Below are positions 38,810 to 51,600 of a stretch of 62,554 nucleotides of DNA, piece after piece (position 1 is the first letter of the stretch; each line of letters opens with the position of its first letter). The notes under the pieces are model-generated. The model worked only from the letters and a program-made list of their open reading frames with translations, searched no databases and was not told where the DNA came from. Source of the DNA: Rhynchobatus australiae. Its lineage: Eukaryota. The translations under genes and the position numbers were made by a program. The DNA is taken from positions 76,246,395 to 76,308,948 of the forward strand of contig JAUZTB010000076.1 in NCBI GenBank assembly GCA_034780895.1, given 5' to 3'.

Positions 38810-39870
38810 TAAGAAATGGGAGCAGGAGTAGCCATACAGCCCCTTAAGCCTGCTCTGGCATTCAATAACATCATGGCTGATTTGATTTTGGCATCAACTT
38901 CACCTTTCTCCCTGATCTCCATAATCCTTGATCCCTCTATAGCCTAAAAACATGACCATCTCAGCTTTGAATATACCTAACATCTTGGCTGGCGTGGAGA
39001 GTTTCAAAGGTTTACGACCCACAGAGAAGAAATTCTTCTATCCTCATCTTCAATGGATGTCACATTCTGAAATGCTCTAGATCTAGAATACCCCCACGAG
39101 GAGGTTATCTTCACAGCATCCATTTTGCCAAATATCTATAGAATCTTACATGCTTCAATTCTATCAACTCTCATTTTCTCAACTCNNNNNNNNNNNNNNN
39201 NNNNNNNNNNNNNNNNNNNNNNNNNNNNNNNNNNNNNNNNNNNNNNNNNNNNNNNNNNNNNNNNNNNNNNNNNNNNNNNNNNNNNCTCATTTTCTCAACT
39301 CCAATGACTATAGACCTAACCTCCTGAATTCTTCCTCAGAAGATACCTTTTCATATCTAGGGGCCATTCTCTGAACTGCCTCCACCGCAAGTCTCTCCCT
39401 CAAGAAAACCACAATGATCTGCAGTTCTCCAGGTGTGGTCTTCCCAAAGACCCATTTAGTCATAGCAAGACTTTCCTACTTTTATAGTTCGTCCCTGTTT
39501 GACTCTATATCCCTTTCCAGATGTTGTGTCCTCACAATTTGCTTTACCATTTTTTATTGTCAACAAAATTGGCCACACGGCACTGGATTCCTTCATCTTG
39601 GTCATTAATATAAATTGTAAATAATTGAGGTGCCAACACTGACCTGTGTGATACCCCATTCATTAGGGCTTCCCAACCTAAAATTGGTCCATTTATCCCA
39701 ACAACGTTTTCAGTTAGCTAGCCAATCCTCTATCTGTGTCGATGCCAGGAGCTTGTACCTTATGCAGTAACCTTTCATGTGGTACTTCATCAAATTCTTT
39801 ATGGAAAGCCAAATACATTGCATCTACTGGTTCCCCTGTATCCACCCTGTTAATTTGAACCTCAAGTAAA
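38810..39870 (-). mobile_element. Decayed CR1 LINE 3' portion
   Basis: Antisense 3' UTR aaatgggagcaggagtagccatacagcccc followed by RT remnants. Confidence 0.75.
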
Positions 39871-41158
39871 AGACCAATGAATACCCCAGAGGAATAAGAA
39901 AATAATGAGGAAAAGAAAAGGCATAAGTATTAAGAGAATAAGGGTGGGATAAAATATGTGTGGGTGCTTCTGATTTAGCAGCTTTTTCTTTCCCTTTTGA
40001 CCACATATTTAATGTAATTCATTGAATTAATATACAGAACAAGGGCAATACTTGCGCACAGAACACTCGATGTAAAGATTGGGATAATAAGAGAAAGGAA
40101 GATGAAATGTTTATGAGCAGACTTTCAAAGAAGTGATTCAGAAAAGTTTGGTGATCTAGGAAGTGTGTTCCAGAGAATAGACAATAACCACCTGATTGCT
40201 CTGACACAAAATGAAGGGAAATGTAAGCACAAGAAAAGTTTGAAGAACTTATGTTTATATGGAGTCAATCACAACCTCCATGGATCCCAAAGCATTGCAT
40301 AGCCAGTGAAGTATTGCAGAAGTTCAAGCACTGTAGATGAATAGAGGGAACGTACAGGAGTGGGGGAGGTTGCGGAAGCCACTAAGTCATGGATGGTCCT
40401 CTACTGGTAAACTAGGATAGAATGAGGGTGGCTAAGGTCATATGTGCAAAGGACTGATCTCAGGCATGTGCAAAGTGAACGATTAATTAATCCCATTGGG
40501 AACACTAGCAATACCTTGAGAGCACATTGTCACCACAACTTATAATGTGTGTTGCTTATGAATAATGTGGATGTTGTATTGGTTCAAAGCATTGAAATAG
40601 GAATATTGCTAGTTTATCTTTGAACCATGAACTTGATTTTGTTGCAGATTAATGGAACTTGTGCCATTTTCCCCATCATCTACTTCATTAGGAGGTTTGT
40701 TTAGTAGTAGCAACATAATTTCCAATGTGTAGGCATCCATTGCTCAAGCTTTTAATTTGATATAGTACATTCCCTCATCCAGTATATCCCATAGGATGGC
40801 TGGTCTATCATCTGGAAATTTTGCCTTTGTTGAGTGATGCATTGATTTTCTAAGGCCAGAATTCAGACCAGAAAGACAATTGTGTGATATAGATCACACG
40901 TCCTGAATTGGAGCTTCATGGTATCAGTAGTAGACATTAGAAATAGAAACCATTTCATTCCCCAACACTAGCAGCCGCAACGTAGTTGGTAGAAAGAAAT
41001 CTCTTTCTTTGCTAAATCGGTATACTCGATGTATGTTTTGTATTACTTTAAAATTTAATTTCTGAACATAGCCATTTTCAAAACCCATGTACGTCACTTG
41101 ACCTCAGGATCACATTGATTTTTCCTTTCTAAATAGTGTATATTTTCTCCCACACCAG

Positions 41159-41379
41159 TTGGTGAGTCTGCAGCAGGGAAAGCCTCGAGGAGCTTGGCCC
41201 AGCACATCCCAGGGACTGGTGGAATTGAAGGGGTCAAAGGAGCAGCATCGGGAGTTGCAGGAGAGCTGGCTCGGGCCAGGATAGCACTTGATGAAAGAGG
41301 GCAGAAACTGAGTGAGCTGGAAGAGCGAACGGCGGCCTTGTTATACAGTGCCGATACTTTCTCTAAACATGCTCATGAG
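41159..41379 (+). CDS. STXBP5: Tomosyn-1 exon (221 nt) encoding most of the VAMP-like R-SNARE motif, FGESAAGKASRSLAQH...LDERGQKLSELEERT...SKHAHE
   Basis: cacaccag acceptor, GAG|gtaagg donor, phase 1-0. LDERGQKL contains the zero-layer Arg of R-SNAREs. Confidence 0.97.
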
Positions 41380-42679
41380 GTAAGGTCTGCTTATAGTCGC
41401 AAGAGTCTCTTGTTTTCTCTTGATTCAAGTTATACTAAGTTTGCAAATGCAGCTTCTTGGAGTCACTGCACTTCAAAAGTACTTCACTGTCTGTCATGCT
41501 CTGGGGCATTCTGAGGTTATGGTTAATGCCATTTGCAAATACTTACTTTTTCTCATTCAATGGGAACTACTGGCCTTTTCCATCATGGAAAATGGTACGC
41601 GTCTCNNNNNNNNNNNNNNNNNNNNNNNNNNNNNNNNNNNNNNNNNNNNNNNNNNNNNNNNNNNNNNNNAATCCCCCCCCCCCCCCCCATCACCACAAGA
41701 AAATCGGTTGAATATTAAATACTTCAATGACATAAGACCTATCTCGTCACTTATGTGAAATACTTATTTTGTTCCCCTGTTATATCTTGCGATGACGTAA
41801 ATTGTGTTGTGAAAATCCATCACTTGTCAGAATAGGTTTCTTTCTCTTCAAGGTGAACTTTACTATCCACTTAAATCTCTTTCTAAAATCTCTTCTAATC
41901 ATAAATTCACCAATAAGAATAACTGACCTTGATTTTGCCATACCAAGTGCCAAGTGGGAATCTCCCATTAGTGTCCCTTTCGATCTCAGCGTGAAGTCTC
42001 CTGTTTATCTGAACTCGTGCATTTAAAAATGGTCTTAATTGCACAGCATCTTTCAGGATCCGGGATATCTTAATCACTTAACAGCTAATGAAATACTGTG
42101 TGTAATATAGTCACAGATATTTTGAGGAAATGCAGTGGCCAATTTGTAAACAATCCAACAATGTAATAATAACCATATAATCTCTCTATTCTAAGATATT
42201 TTAAAATTCAGTGGATNNNNNNNNNNNNNNNNNNNNNNNNNTCAGTTTGGTCAGCTGGTAATGCACTCACCTCAGAGTTGCTGTTTCCAATTCTGCTCCA
42301 AGTCTTGGCTGTTTAATCATGGTCCAAACTTCAGAACAGAGGACATGTTACATTGTAGGAAATGCCATCCCCCGATGCAACAATAAACATGGCCCCATTT
42401 GCTTTCTCTGGTACAATGCACTATAGCTAAGGAAATATTTGGTGTTGAGATGCATTTTTTATTATTTGGTATAAATCAAAGTCTTGTCTGCCTTCAAATG
42501 AATATTATGATCCATAAAGGTCGCACCACTGGTCAAAAAGATGTGCGGTCTGCTTTGCTTTGCTCACGGAGTCATTGAATATAACAGCAGAGAGGTTCTG
42601 CTGGAACCATAAATAACACCAGTAAGATCAATGTATAAATACACTGTGGAGTTCTGGTTGTTGTGTAAGAAAATAAGAT

Positions 42680-43110
42680 GGGATTGCATTGGAGCTTTAG
42701 GATGATAGTGTCACGAGACTGAAAAGTTATGAGGAAAGATCGGATAAGTGGTGTTATTACCTTTGGAACAGTAGAAGCGTAAGAAGAGACTTAACTGAGG
42801 TGTCTTAAATAGAGCCATTTTCTGAGGGGAGTCAATAACAGGGGCATAGATTTAAAGTAATTGGTTGAAAGTTCAAAGCAGAGATAAGGAAAAGATTTTT
42901 CACCCAGCGGAAAGTAGCAATCTGGAGCTTGTTGCCTAAAAGGATGGTAGAAGTAGAAACACTCATCACAAGTACTCAGATTTGTACTTGAAGAGCCGTG
43001 ACGTACAAAGCAGAGGACCTAGTGCTGAAAGTGGGATTAAGCTGGATTGCTTTTTTTGACCAGCATGGGCATTATGGATCTGATGGTGACCACTCCAGTC
43101 ATGAATATTC
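42680..43110 (+). mobile_element. CR1 LINE 3' fragment in the last intron
   Basis: agttatgaggaaagat...gggggcatagatttaaagtaattgg...ttttcacccagcgg. Confidence 0.7.
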
Positions 43111-44047
43111 TGTTGTTATAGTTTGTATGGGATTAGGAATCGTAGGAGATTAGGATATCCTGGCCAGTGTTTATTCCTCCATGAATATTACTAAAGCAGA
43201 TGATTTGCTGCATGCATTTCTCCATTATAGCCCCATTTCACAATGTGATTAATTACCTATAAAACGCTTAAAACCTCGAGCTGTAAAAGTCAGTAGAAAT
43301 GCATAATTATTTTTCCCAGATCCCTGACAACTCCCCATGCCACCACTGCACACTCAACTATACTTTTAACAAAATGCCAGAACTTTCTCAGATGTCAGGA
43401 TCCCTTCGTACTGCTAAGCTCCTTCAAGTTCAAACTCCCACCTCAACCTCATTAAAACCTTGCAATCCATCTCAGTGCTTATGAATTATAGTTATCCCAC
43501 AAACAATTCCAAAACCCAAATCTTTCCCTTCCTGTTTCTATTAATGAGTTTTAGTCTTTTGTTTCATTGATTTCATGGGAAGAGGTCATATAGGTTCCCA
43601 GCATTAATGTCTCTATCAGTAATCGTGCTTTGCTGATGTTTAGTTTTATAATAGGAACATTCCCAGAACAATTTAGTTCCAACTCATTGAGAGACCAAAG
43701 AATGAGCTATCACGAGGCACTAAACGGGTATTGTGTTTCATCTGTGATCATGAAAAAAATTATTTNNNNNNNNNNNNNNNNNNNNNNNNNNCATAAGTTT
43801 TATATTCTGCCTCCCGCCTACAGTGTCCTTGAGAATTGCAAGGAGTAATCGTAAAGCATTGTGGACTGCAAGGAAAAACGAGGAAGAAATGATAAAGGGC
43901 ACAGGAAGCTATTAATTTTATGGTTCTGCAGCTGATTTAAAATCATGGTCAAAAGAAAATATGTTTGCCTTGTCTTTAACTTAGATGATTGAGAGTCTCA
44001 GAATGTAGGTCTGTTCCTGAAGTCGTGTTTTTGTGTTTCCTTTTCAG

Positions 44048-44089
44048 ATGATGTTAAAGTGCAAAGATAAGAAGTGGTACCAGTTCTGA
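44048..44089 (+). CDS. STXBP5: Tomosyn-1 terminal coding exon, MMLKCKDKKWYQF*
   Basis: ttttcag acceptor, phase 0, TGA at 44087-44089. KDKKWYQF is the tomosyn C-terminus. Too short for the ORF track. Confidence 0.96.
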   Translation: MMLKCKDKKWYQF

Positions 44090-46665
44090 ACACCTTGATC
44101 CAACATTACTTAAATACTTCAGCTGGAAGGAGGTTATCCATAGATGATTCTCCCTCTTCATTTATTTCTGCAGGACAGGAGGTTCATCTTTGAGTATTGC
44201 TGTTTCCTAGCACAACTCATAAACTCTTTCCCTCGGTCACATTGCTTTAAACTGAGGAGGAAACTGAAAACTTGCAACATGAAGGTGTTTTCTACTGTNN
44301 NNNNNNNNNNNNNNNNNNNNNNNNNNNNNNNNNNNNNNNNNNNNNNNNNNNNNNNNNNNNNNNNNNNNNNNNNNNNNNNNNNNNNNNNNNNNNNNNNNAG
44401 GTGTTTTCTACTGTAGCTGTGGGTTGGTGCACAGTGTGGGACCTGAGCAGGGAACAAGGGGCAGTGCTGGGTTTTATGTGTTATTTCACACGCCAAATGT
44501 TTTGTGCTATTGTCTCTGGCAGTGTTTCACCCATAAAACTATAAATGTAATACTGCATTCACTCCAGATGCCAGCAAATGCAAAACAAGAGGATAAATAC
44601 GTGTAGCAAAGTATTGCATTGAGAATCCAAACAATGATTTATTTCTGGTTCAAGAAATTAATTTGCACATTATTAATTTGTGTACTGAGCTAGTTGGGTG
44701 ATAATGGTTTCAGTTTGTGTCCAACTCTGATCAGAAAATACCCGTTTGTGTCTGATATTAATTAGATAATGGTGTGTGTCCACTGGCTGGATGCAATGTG
44801 TTTGGATGATGTTGTTTTGTGGTCAGTGCTGATTGGTTGATGCTGGTTCGTGTCTGGGAATAATGAATGATGTCATTTTCTGTCTAATACTGGTTGAATG
44901 AATAATATTTTGGGGTCTAGATTTGTCTTAGTTGATAATTTTAGTTGATTATGGATTCATTTCATGCAGATGTAGCCTGTGTGGTTACTCATTCAATAAG
45001 CATTTTGTAATTAGATTTTATTACATATCCCCACTGACAATAGATAATTGTCAATAATGCAAATCATTTGAACTACAGTAACAACTGTTTTTAAAATAAA
45101 TTAACCATCACTGGTTTGGAGTCACATTAATGATTATACAAAAAAAACTTCAAATCTCACTAATAGTATTATGGTGTCAGATGAAATGTACATTATTTAT
45201 TGTTCTAACTCCCAGCCTAGTTCACCAAATCTCGCTGTATGAATTGATGCTGTTTGGTAGTTTTACATCTGTAGGATAGTTTGGAGAACCATGGAAGTAT
45301 TTTTCTCCCCTTGTTCTTCAAGGAATAAATTCCAGACGACAAACTACTTTCCTGCAGAACTATAGTTGAAACCAAAGGGAAGGAAATGGCATGTTGGCAT
45401 TGTTTATGAAATGGGAGGAAGAGCTGGACTGGGCTGACAGAGTTGATGGCAAATTAGGCTGCAGTAGAACATTAAGTTTCCTTTTTAAAAGTACTTAGTG
45501 CCACTGTAGATGTGGAATATCCAACAAAGATATAATTTGAACATATTTTTATGAAGTAAGGTCAGCTGCCAACATGGGCTGGTTCTGATTCCTGTTCATA
45601 GTCACTGTACATTCTTGGTGTATTGTCACAATCCATGTTGGAGTACATGAGATGATATTTAGTGCAATACTTTGGGAATGCCCATATTTGAAGATTAAAT
45701 GGAATGTACCTGAAGGGGTTGGTTATAACTGTGTTTCTCCTTTCTGTTTTTGTACGTTTTTACATGTTCACCTCCTCCAGTCACTTTGCTTCAGATGCAG
45801 TGTGTGTATGATGTCTGCAGCCTTTCTCCTTCATTATCATTGCACATATTCAACTTGGGTCTTGTGAGGGAAATTGAAGGCTGAGAAAGAAAGATGCTGG
45901 CTTCCACAGAAACAGCTGTTCATTTAATAATGAAACCTGGACTCGATATAGTTGGAGTCCCACGGTCATAAGTGCCCACACAGTAGAACTATTCCTCACA
46001 AACCTCAGCAGCCACAGAGTCCAGATCAACGCAGCAAATCACAATGCTTTTAAAATGTAGGCTATTAGAAGTTCACAGGAGTTTGTTTCATGATGAAATT
46101 CTAATCTGCAGTCAATATAAAATGTTGATCGCCAAGAGCATGGTTGCCTTCAAGACAGAAATGTTTACTTGTGTTATCATTTGTTGCCATGCTTTTCATG
46201 TTCAGATTTTTTGGGATTTATTTTATATGTCATTTATATTCCCTTTTGTTTACAGTGTATGTATTTTTTTTTCCTGTGTTTTAAGTATCTCATTGAAATC
46301 TGGAGCACCTCTTTTAAATTGGCTGCTGCCTGGATTGTCCCCTCTCCCCTGATTATGATGGCACAATGCTCCTAACAAGGGGAGTTGTACATGTGCAAGG
46401 GTCTTTATCCTCTTGATTAGCATTTCAGGATTTCTTTAATGAAACAAATTTCTTTTCAGCATATTTGAAAATATATAAATATGAAGTATATGTGTTGAGA
46501 AATATATTTCCTTAAACATGTTTTCAGTGTAGGGTCTGTATTTCATTTCCCTGATCTTTTGATGGAAGTGCACGAAATTTACTGCTGTTTGTGTGTTACC
46601 CGTGATGTGCATCAAGTCTCTGAGTGTTCTGTTAAATTAAAAGCTAATGAAGTTGAATTTGCTGA
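44090..46665 (+). other. STXBP5: Putative STXBP5 3' UTR
   Basis: Follows the stop codon, is AU/GU-rich and lacks recognisable transposon fragments, unlike its flanks. The end is inferred from ATTAAA at 46636. Confidence 0.6.
46636..46641 (+). promoter_or_regulatory. Candidate polyadenylation signal ATTAAA
   Basis: Followed by GU/U-rich sequence (tgtaatgttttttcc). Alternative AATAAA hexamers at 45095-45100 and 45324-45329. Confidence 0.45.
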
Positions 46666-47189
46666 GTACTTCTGCCAAATTGTAATGTTTTTTCCTGAAA
46701 ATTGTTTTTCTAAAAAAAAATTAAAATATCCAATCTAGCTGACAAATCTGAAAGTGTTTGTTTCCAAAGCACTTGATTCGTAGTGTATGGTACAGCCACT
46801 AGCACAGATGTGGCTTTGTAGCTCCATTACCCTTAAACCACTTTGTTTCTCCCCCCCCAACCACTAATCTTCCTTTTCCCTTTAAGTGGATCATGCCTTG
46901 AACTTGTCTGTCTTTGTTCTTCAGGTGCACTGCCACAGCCCATTCCTTGGAGTCTTGACATTCTACACCAACTGGAATCATTGCAATCCTTCTATGGCTT
47001 TTTTTTTTGGTAAAAGTTTGTTTTACAATTAGGAGGCTTGCAAAATCACTCAAAAGACACTGCAGTGTATGCTGGGCTGGTGTCATGTGTAGACCAGACA
47101 AATGGAGATTTAGAGCACCTTCCCTGAAGGAGATCATTGAACAACTTGGGTTTTACAATTCATTGTTTATGATGGCCTTCAATAAACAA

Positions 47190-47880
47190 AAAAAACAGGA
47201 GCAGTACAAGCCATTCAGCTCTTCCTACCTGCTTTATCATATGTACAATCATGGTTGATGGTGTATTTCAGAACCATATTTCCACTCTTTCCCTATAACC
47301 CTGGATGTCCATTGTGTCCAGAAATGTATCTATCTCTTTTAAAAAAAAAATTCTGGATTTAGTCAGTCATACACCATAGAAACAGGCCCTTTGGCCCAAC
47401 TTGTCCATGTCGACTGTGTTGCCAAGGGAGCTCGTCCCATCTGCCCACGTTTGGCCCGTAGCCCTCTAAACCTCTCCNNNNNNNNNNNNNNNNNNNNNNN
47501 NNNNNNNNNNNNNNNNNNNNNNNNNNNNNNNNNNNNNNNNNNNNNNNNNNNNNNNNNNNNNNNNNNNNNNNNNNNNNACCACACTCTTGAGTGAAGAAAC
47601 TTCTCTTAGCCCTAAATGCACACCAGAAAAATAGGTGCAGGAGTTGACTACCTGGATCCTCATGCCAGATCCACCATGCAGTATGATCGTGGCTGCTTTC
47701 CCCCACACTTCAAGTCCTCTGCCACTTCCACATAACCCTCAATTCCCTTATATTTTGGAAATTTATATTCCTTCTCTTTGAATGTCTTAACCAGTATTTT
47801 GAGATTTTGGCCCCCAAGATGTTGAGGGAAATATCCTCTTTTGCATTCAGTCTCTCTCGTAGCTCTGTCAGAATTCTTTC
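47190..47880 (-). mobile_element. Nested CR1 3' fragments
   Basis: catagaaacaggccctttggcccaacttgtccatg...gccctctaaacct and an older CR1 tail. Confidence 0.7.
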
Positions 47881-49238
47881 ACTTATTCCTCTCTCACACT
47901 TAATTACTATTATTAATACAGCAGCACACTTTTAATTCACCTTTATTTAGATGCTACATATTATAATAAATTTTACAGTGAACCAGGTTTAAAGGGAACA
48001 TAGGGAACAGCATCTGTGTGTTTAAGGAATTGTGGGAATGGACCCCTGGTGTATTTAAAGGATGTGTGAGAATAATGTACCTGTGAGCAGATGCTTAACC
48101 ATTGAGATTTCCAAACCATGGGATAGCAGATTCACAGAGTAATTACTGTGAATTCTCAAAAAAATCTCATTTGTTAAAACACAATTTCCTTTCCAGAAAC
48201 CCACNNNNNNNNNNNNNNNNNNNNNNNNNNNNNNNNNNNNNNNNNNNNNNNNNNNNNNNNNNNNNNNNNNNNNNNNNNNNNNNNNNNNNNNNNNNNNNNN
48301 NNNNNNNNNNNNNNNNNNNNNNNNNNNNNNNNNNNNNNNNNNNNNNNNNNNNNNNNNNNNNNNNNNNNNNNNNNNNNNNNNNNNNNNNNNNNNNNNNNNN
48401 NNNNNNNNNNNNNNNNNNNNNNNNNNNNNNNNNNNNNNNNNNNNNNNNNNNNNNNNNNNNNNNNNNNNNNNNNNNNNNNNNNNNNNNNNNNNNNNNNNNN
48501 NNNNNNNNNNNNNNNNNNNNNNNNNNNNNNNNNNNNNNNNNNNNNNNNNNNNNNNNNNNNNNNNNNNNNNNNNNNNNNNNNNNNNNNNNNNNNNNNNNNN
48601 NNNNNNNNNNNNNNNNNNNNNNNNNNNNNNNNNNNNNNNNNNNNNNNNNNNNNNNNNNNNNNNNNNNNNNNNNNNNNNNNNNNNNNNNNNNNNNNNNNNN
48701 NNNNNNNNNNNNNNNNNNNNNNNNNNNNNNNNNNNNNNNNNNNNNNNNNNNNNNNNNNNNNNNNNNNNNNNNNNNNNNNNNNNNNNNNNNNNNNNCCAAA
48801 TTTCCTTTGGTTCCTCACCCTAATGTTTCTAGAAAGTTACTTTTCCATGAAGACAGAACCGAAGTATTTGTTTTATTGCTCTGCCATTTCCCTTTCCTTC
48901 ATTCAGAATTCCCCCATTTCTGACTGTAGCAGGGGTGCAGGGGAACATTGGACTTCACTAATCTATATAATTTAAGTGGCAAACTTCAACACCTCAGTCT
49001 TGACAATTAGACCCCTCCATAAACTCTTCATCTGTCTCCCCTACAAAATTTTCTTATACACGGTTCCTTTAATAACACCATGATCTATAAATTGCTAGCC
49101 AAGAACAATGACTAATAGACTCTTTTACATAATAATCAATTGCAGTGAGATTGTTATCAGCAGCTTTAACTAAAAATGAAAATATGTTTAAAGCAAAATT
49201 GTGACGTTCAAATCTTGGTGAACTGATTTGAATCTTCT

Positions 49239-50180
49239 TGTTACATACCAGCAACGAAAGAAACACACTGAGTCGTGTACGAGTGTTAAAAACTATTTTA
49301 TTAATAACTACTTGTAATAATAAGAAAAATAAAAATGTTAGATATCAAACATAATCCCCAAAACTAAACTCAGTGTGCATGTGTGGCAAATTTCCAAACT
49401 CCAAGTCTAGGAATAGTTCTCAAAGTTCAGTTCAGCAAGTCAAAGTGAAACGTGAGCAAAGGCTTTTGCAAAACTACCATTGACCGAAGAGAAAATGTGG
49501 AGAGAAATTTACAAAATCCACATGTTCCACAATGGAACCCAAACGACACCTCAGTCTCCAGTGATCTCCATTGCTTTGTTCCGAAGTATCTGCCACCCCG
49601 AAGGCATTCGATACGATACGTGGCCGCCCACACAAATACCTGCTTCTCACTACAGGTTAACGACAAAGTGGACTCCACTTGTTTGCTCCAAAAATCCATC
49701 CATGTATTGTAGTGACAGACACAGCGATTGTTCTTCATCCGTTGTTCCGGAGACCAGCAGTCAGTGTCGCTTTCTCTCTCGCTCTTCTCGACTCACTGAT
49801 CAAAACCGTCAGGNNNNNNNNNNNNNNNNNNNNNNNNNNNNNNNNNNNNNNNNNNNNNNNNNNNNNNNNNNNNNNNNNNNNNNNNNNNNNNNNNNNNNNN
49901 NNNNNNNNNNNNNCAAAGTGGACTCCACTTGTTTGCTCCAAAAATCCATCCATGGATTGTAGTGACAGACACAGCTATTGTTCTTCATCCGTTGTTCCGG
50001 AGACCAGCAGTCAGTGTCGCTTTCTCTCTCGCTCTTCTCGACTCACTGAGCAAAACCGTCAGCACGTAGTTATAATCTTGCTGTCTTGATGACACCACGC
50101 GCACACACGTACACACAACTACTACTCTACTGTCCGTGTTTTAAAAGGACATTCACCAAATAGCAACCTGACCCATAACA
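49239..50180 (-). mobile_element. Putative solo LTR
   Basis: TGTTA...TAACA termini, CpG-rich relative to flanks, minus-strand AATAAA (49297-49302) about 60 nt from the 3' end. No clear TSD. Confidence 0.55.
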
Positions 50181-50274
50181 CCATAGAAATCAGAAAATGG
50201 CCAATTAAGTGGTCCTTTACCCAATAGTAGGGAAGACATAGTTCTGTAAGTCTGAAATTCACCAGTATAGACAC

Positions 50275-51600
50275 AGCTGCTGAGTCATACAGTCGTACAC
50301 CACGGAAATGTCCATGTCTATGCTGACCTTTTTGTCCATCGACACTAACCTCATTTGTCCCTGTTCGGACCATGTCCTTCAATACTTTGCCTTTTTTCTT
50401 GTGCCTCTCTAAATGTGTCTCAAATACAGTGATTGTATTGACTCTACCACCTCCTCTGGCAGTGGGTTCCAGTTATCAACCACTCTGTTTTAAAATAAAC
50501 TGTCCCCTCAAATCCCCTTCAATTCTCCTCCTCCTCACCTTAAACCTAAATCCTCTTGTTTTAATGCCCCTAGCATGGGGGAAAAGATTATGACTATCTT
50601 ACCTGATCAATGCCTCTTAGATATTGTATAAACTGGTATCCAGCCTTCACTCTAGGGAAAACCAACACAGCCTATCCAATCTTTCCCCACAACTAAAGTC
50701 CAGTTAACATCCTGGTGAATGTCCTCTGGGCTCTGTCCAGCGCATCCACATCCGACAGTGTGGCGAAAAGAACTGCACAAATACTTTATTTGTGGTTTAA
50801 CCAATGTTTTGTAAAGTTGCAACATAACATTCCAACTTTTATATTCTGTGCCCTGACTCATGAAGGCAAGTATGCCATATGGTTCTTCACCCATCTACCC
50901 GTGTCACCACTTTCAGGGAACTTATGTACTTGAACCTAAGGTTCCTCTGTTCATAAATATTCCTTAGTGTCCTACCATTTACTGTAAATGTCTTACCCCT
51001 GTTTGCATCATCTTGCATTTTTTGGAATTAAAGTCAATGTGCTGACGCTGACAACTTTCCATCTGTTCTATATCATGCTGCAGCCTTAGACTACTTTCCT
51101 TGCTATCCACAACAACTTTTATCATCTGCAGACTTGCTTATCATAACTACTGGATTCACATCCAAATCAATATATATCACTAACAACAAGGGTCCCAGCA
51201 CTGATCTGGAGGTACACCAGTGGTCATAGACTTCCAATCGGGAAAGCTTCCTACATTACTCCCCTCTGCCTCCGATCACCAGCCAACTTTGGATCCAATT
51301 AGCCAGCTTGCCTTGGATCACAAGTGCCTTAACCTGGACCAGCCTAAAATGCAGGACTTTGTCAAATGCCATACTAAAGTCCATATAGACCACGTCTATA
51401 GCCCTGCTTTCATCAGTCGTCTTGGTTACCTCCCCAACAACCTCATCAAATTAGTGAGGCAGGATTTCTCCTGCACAAAGCGATGCTGACTATCCCTGAT
51501 CAGCCCCTGCATTTTCAAATGTGCATAAATCCCATCCTTATGGATTTTGTCCAATAATTTCCCTACCACTGATGTAAAGTTCATCAACCTAACTTACCTG
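50275..51600 (-). mobile_element. CR1 LINE RT and 3' end
   Basis: YGILAFMSQGTEYKSWNVMLQLYKTLVKPQ, gggtcccagcactgatc and other CR1 RT motifs. Confidence 0.85.

Noticed and set aside
22087-44089. Assignment to STXBP5L (tomosyn-2) or LLGL
   Set aside because: Diagnostic peptides (VTSIDKESREA, GTILRLKGAILRMAFLD, PEAPNRGFFKGLFGGGAQSLDREE) fit tomosyn-1, and LLGL lacks the R-SNARE motif.
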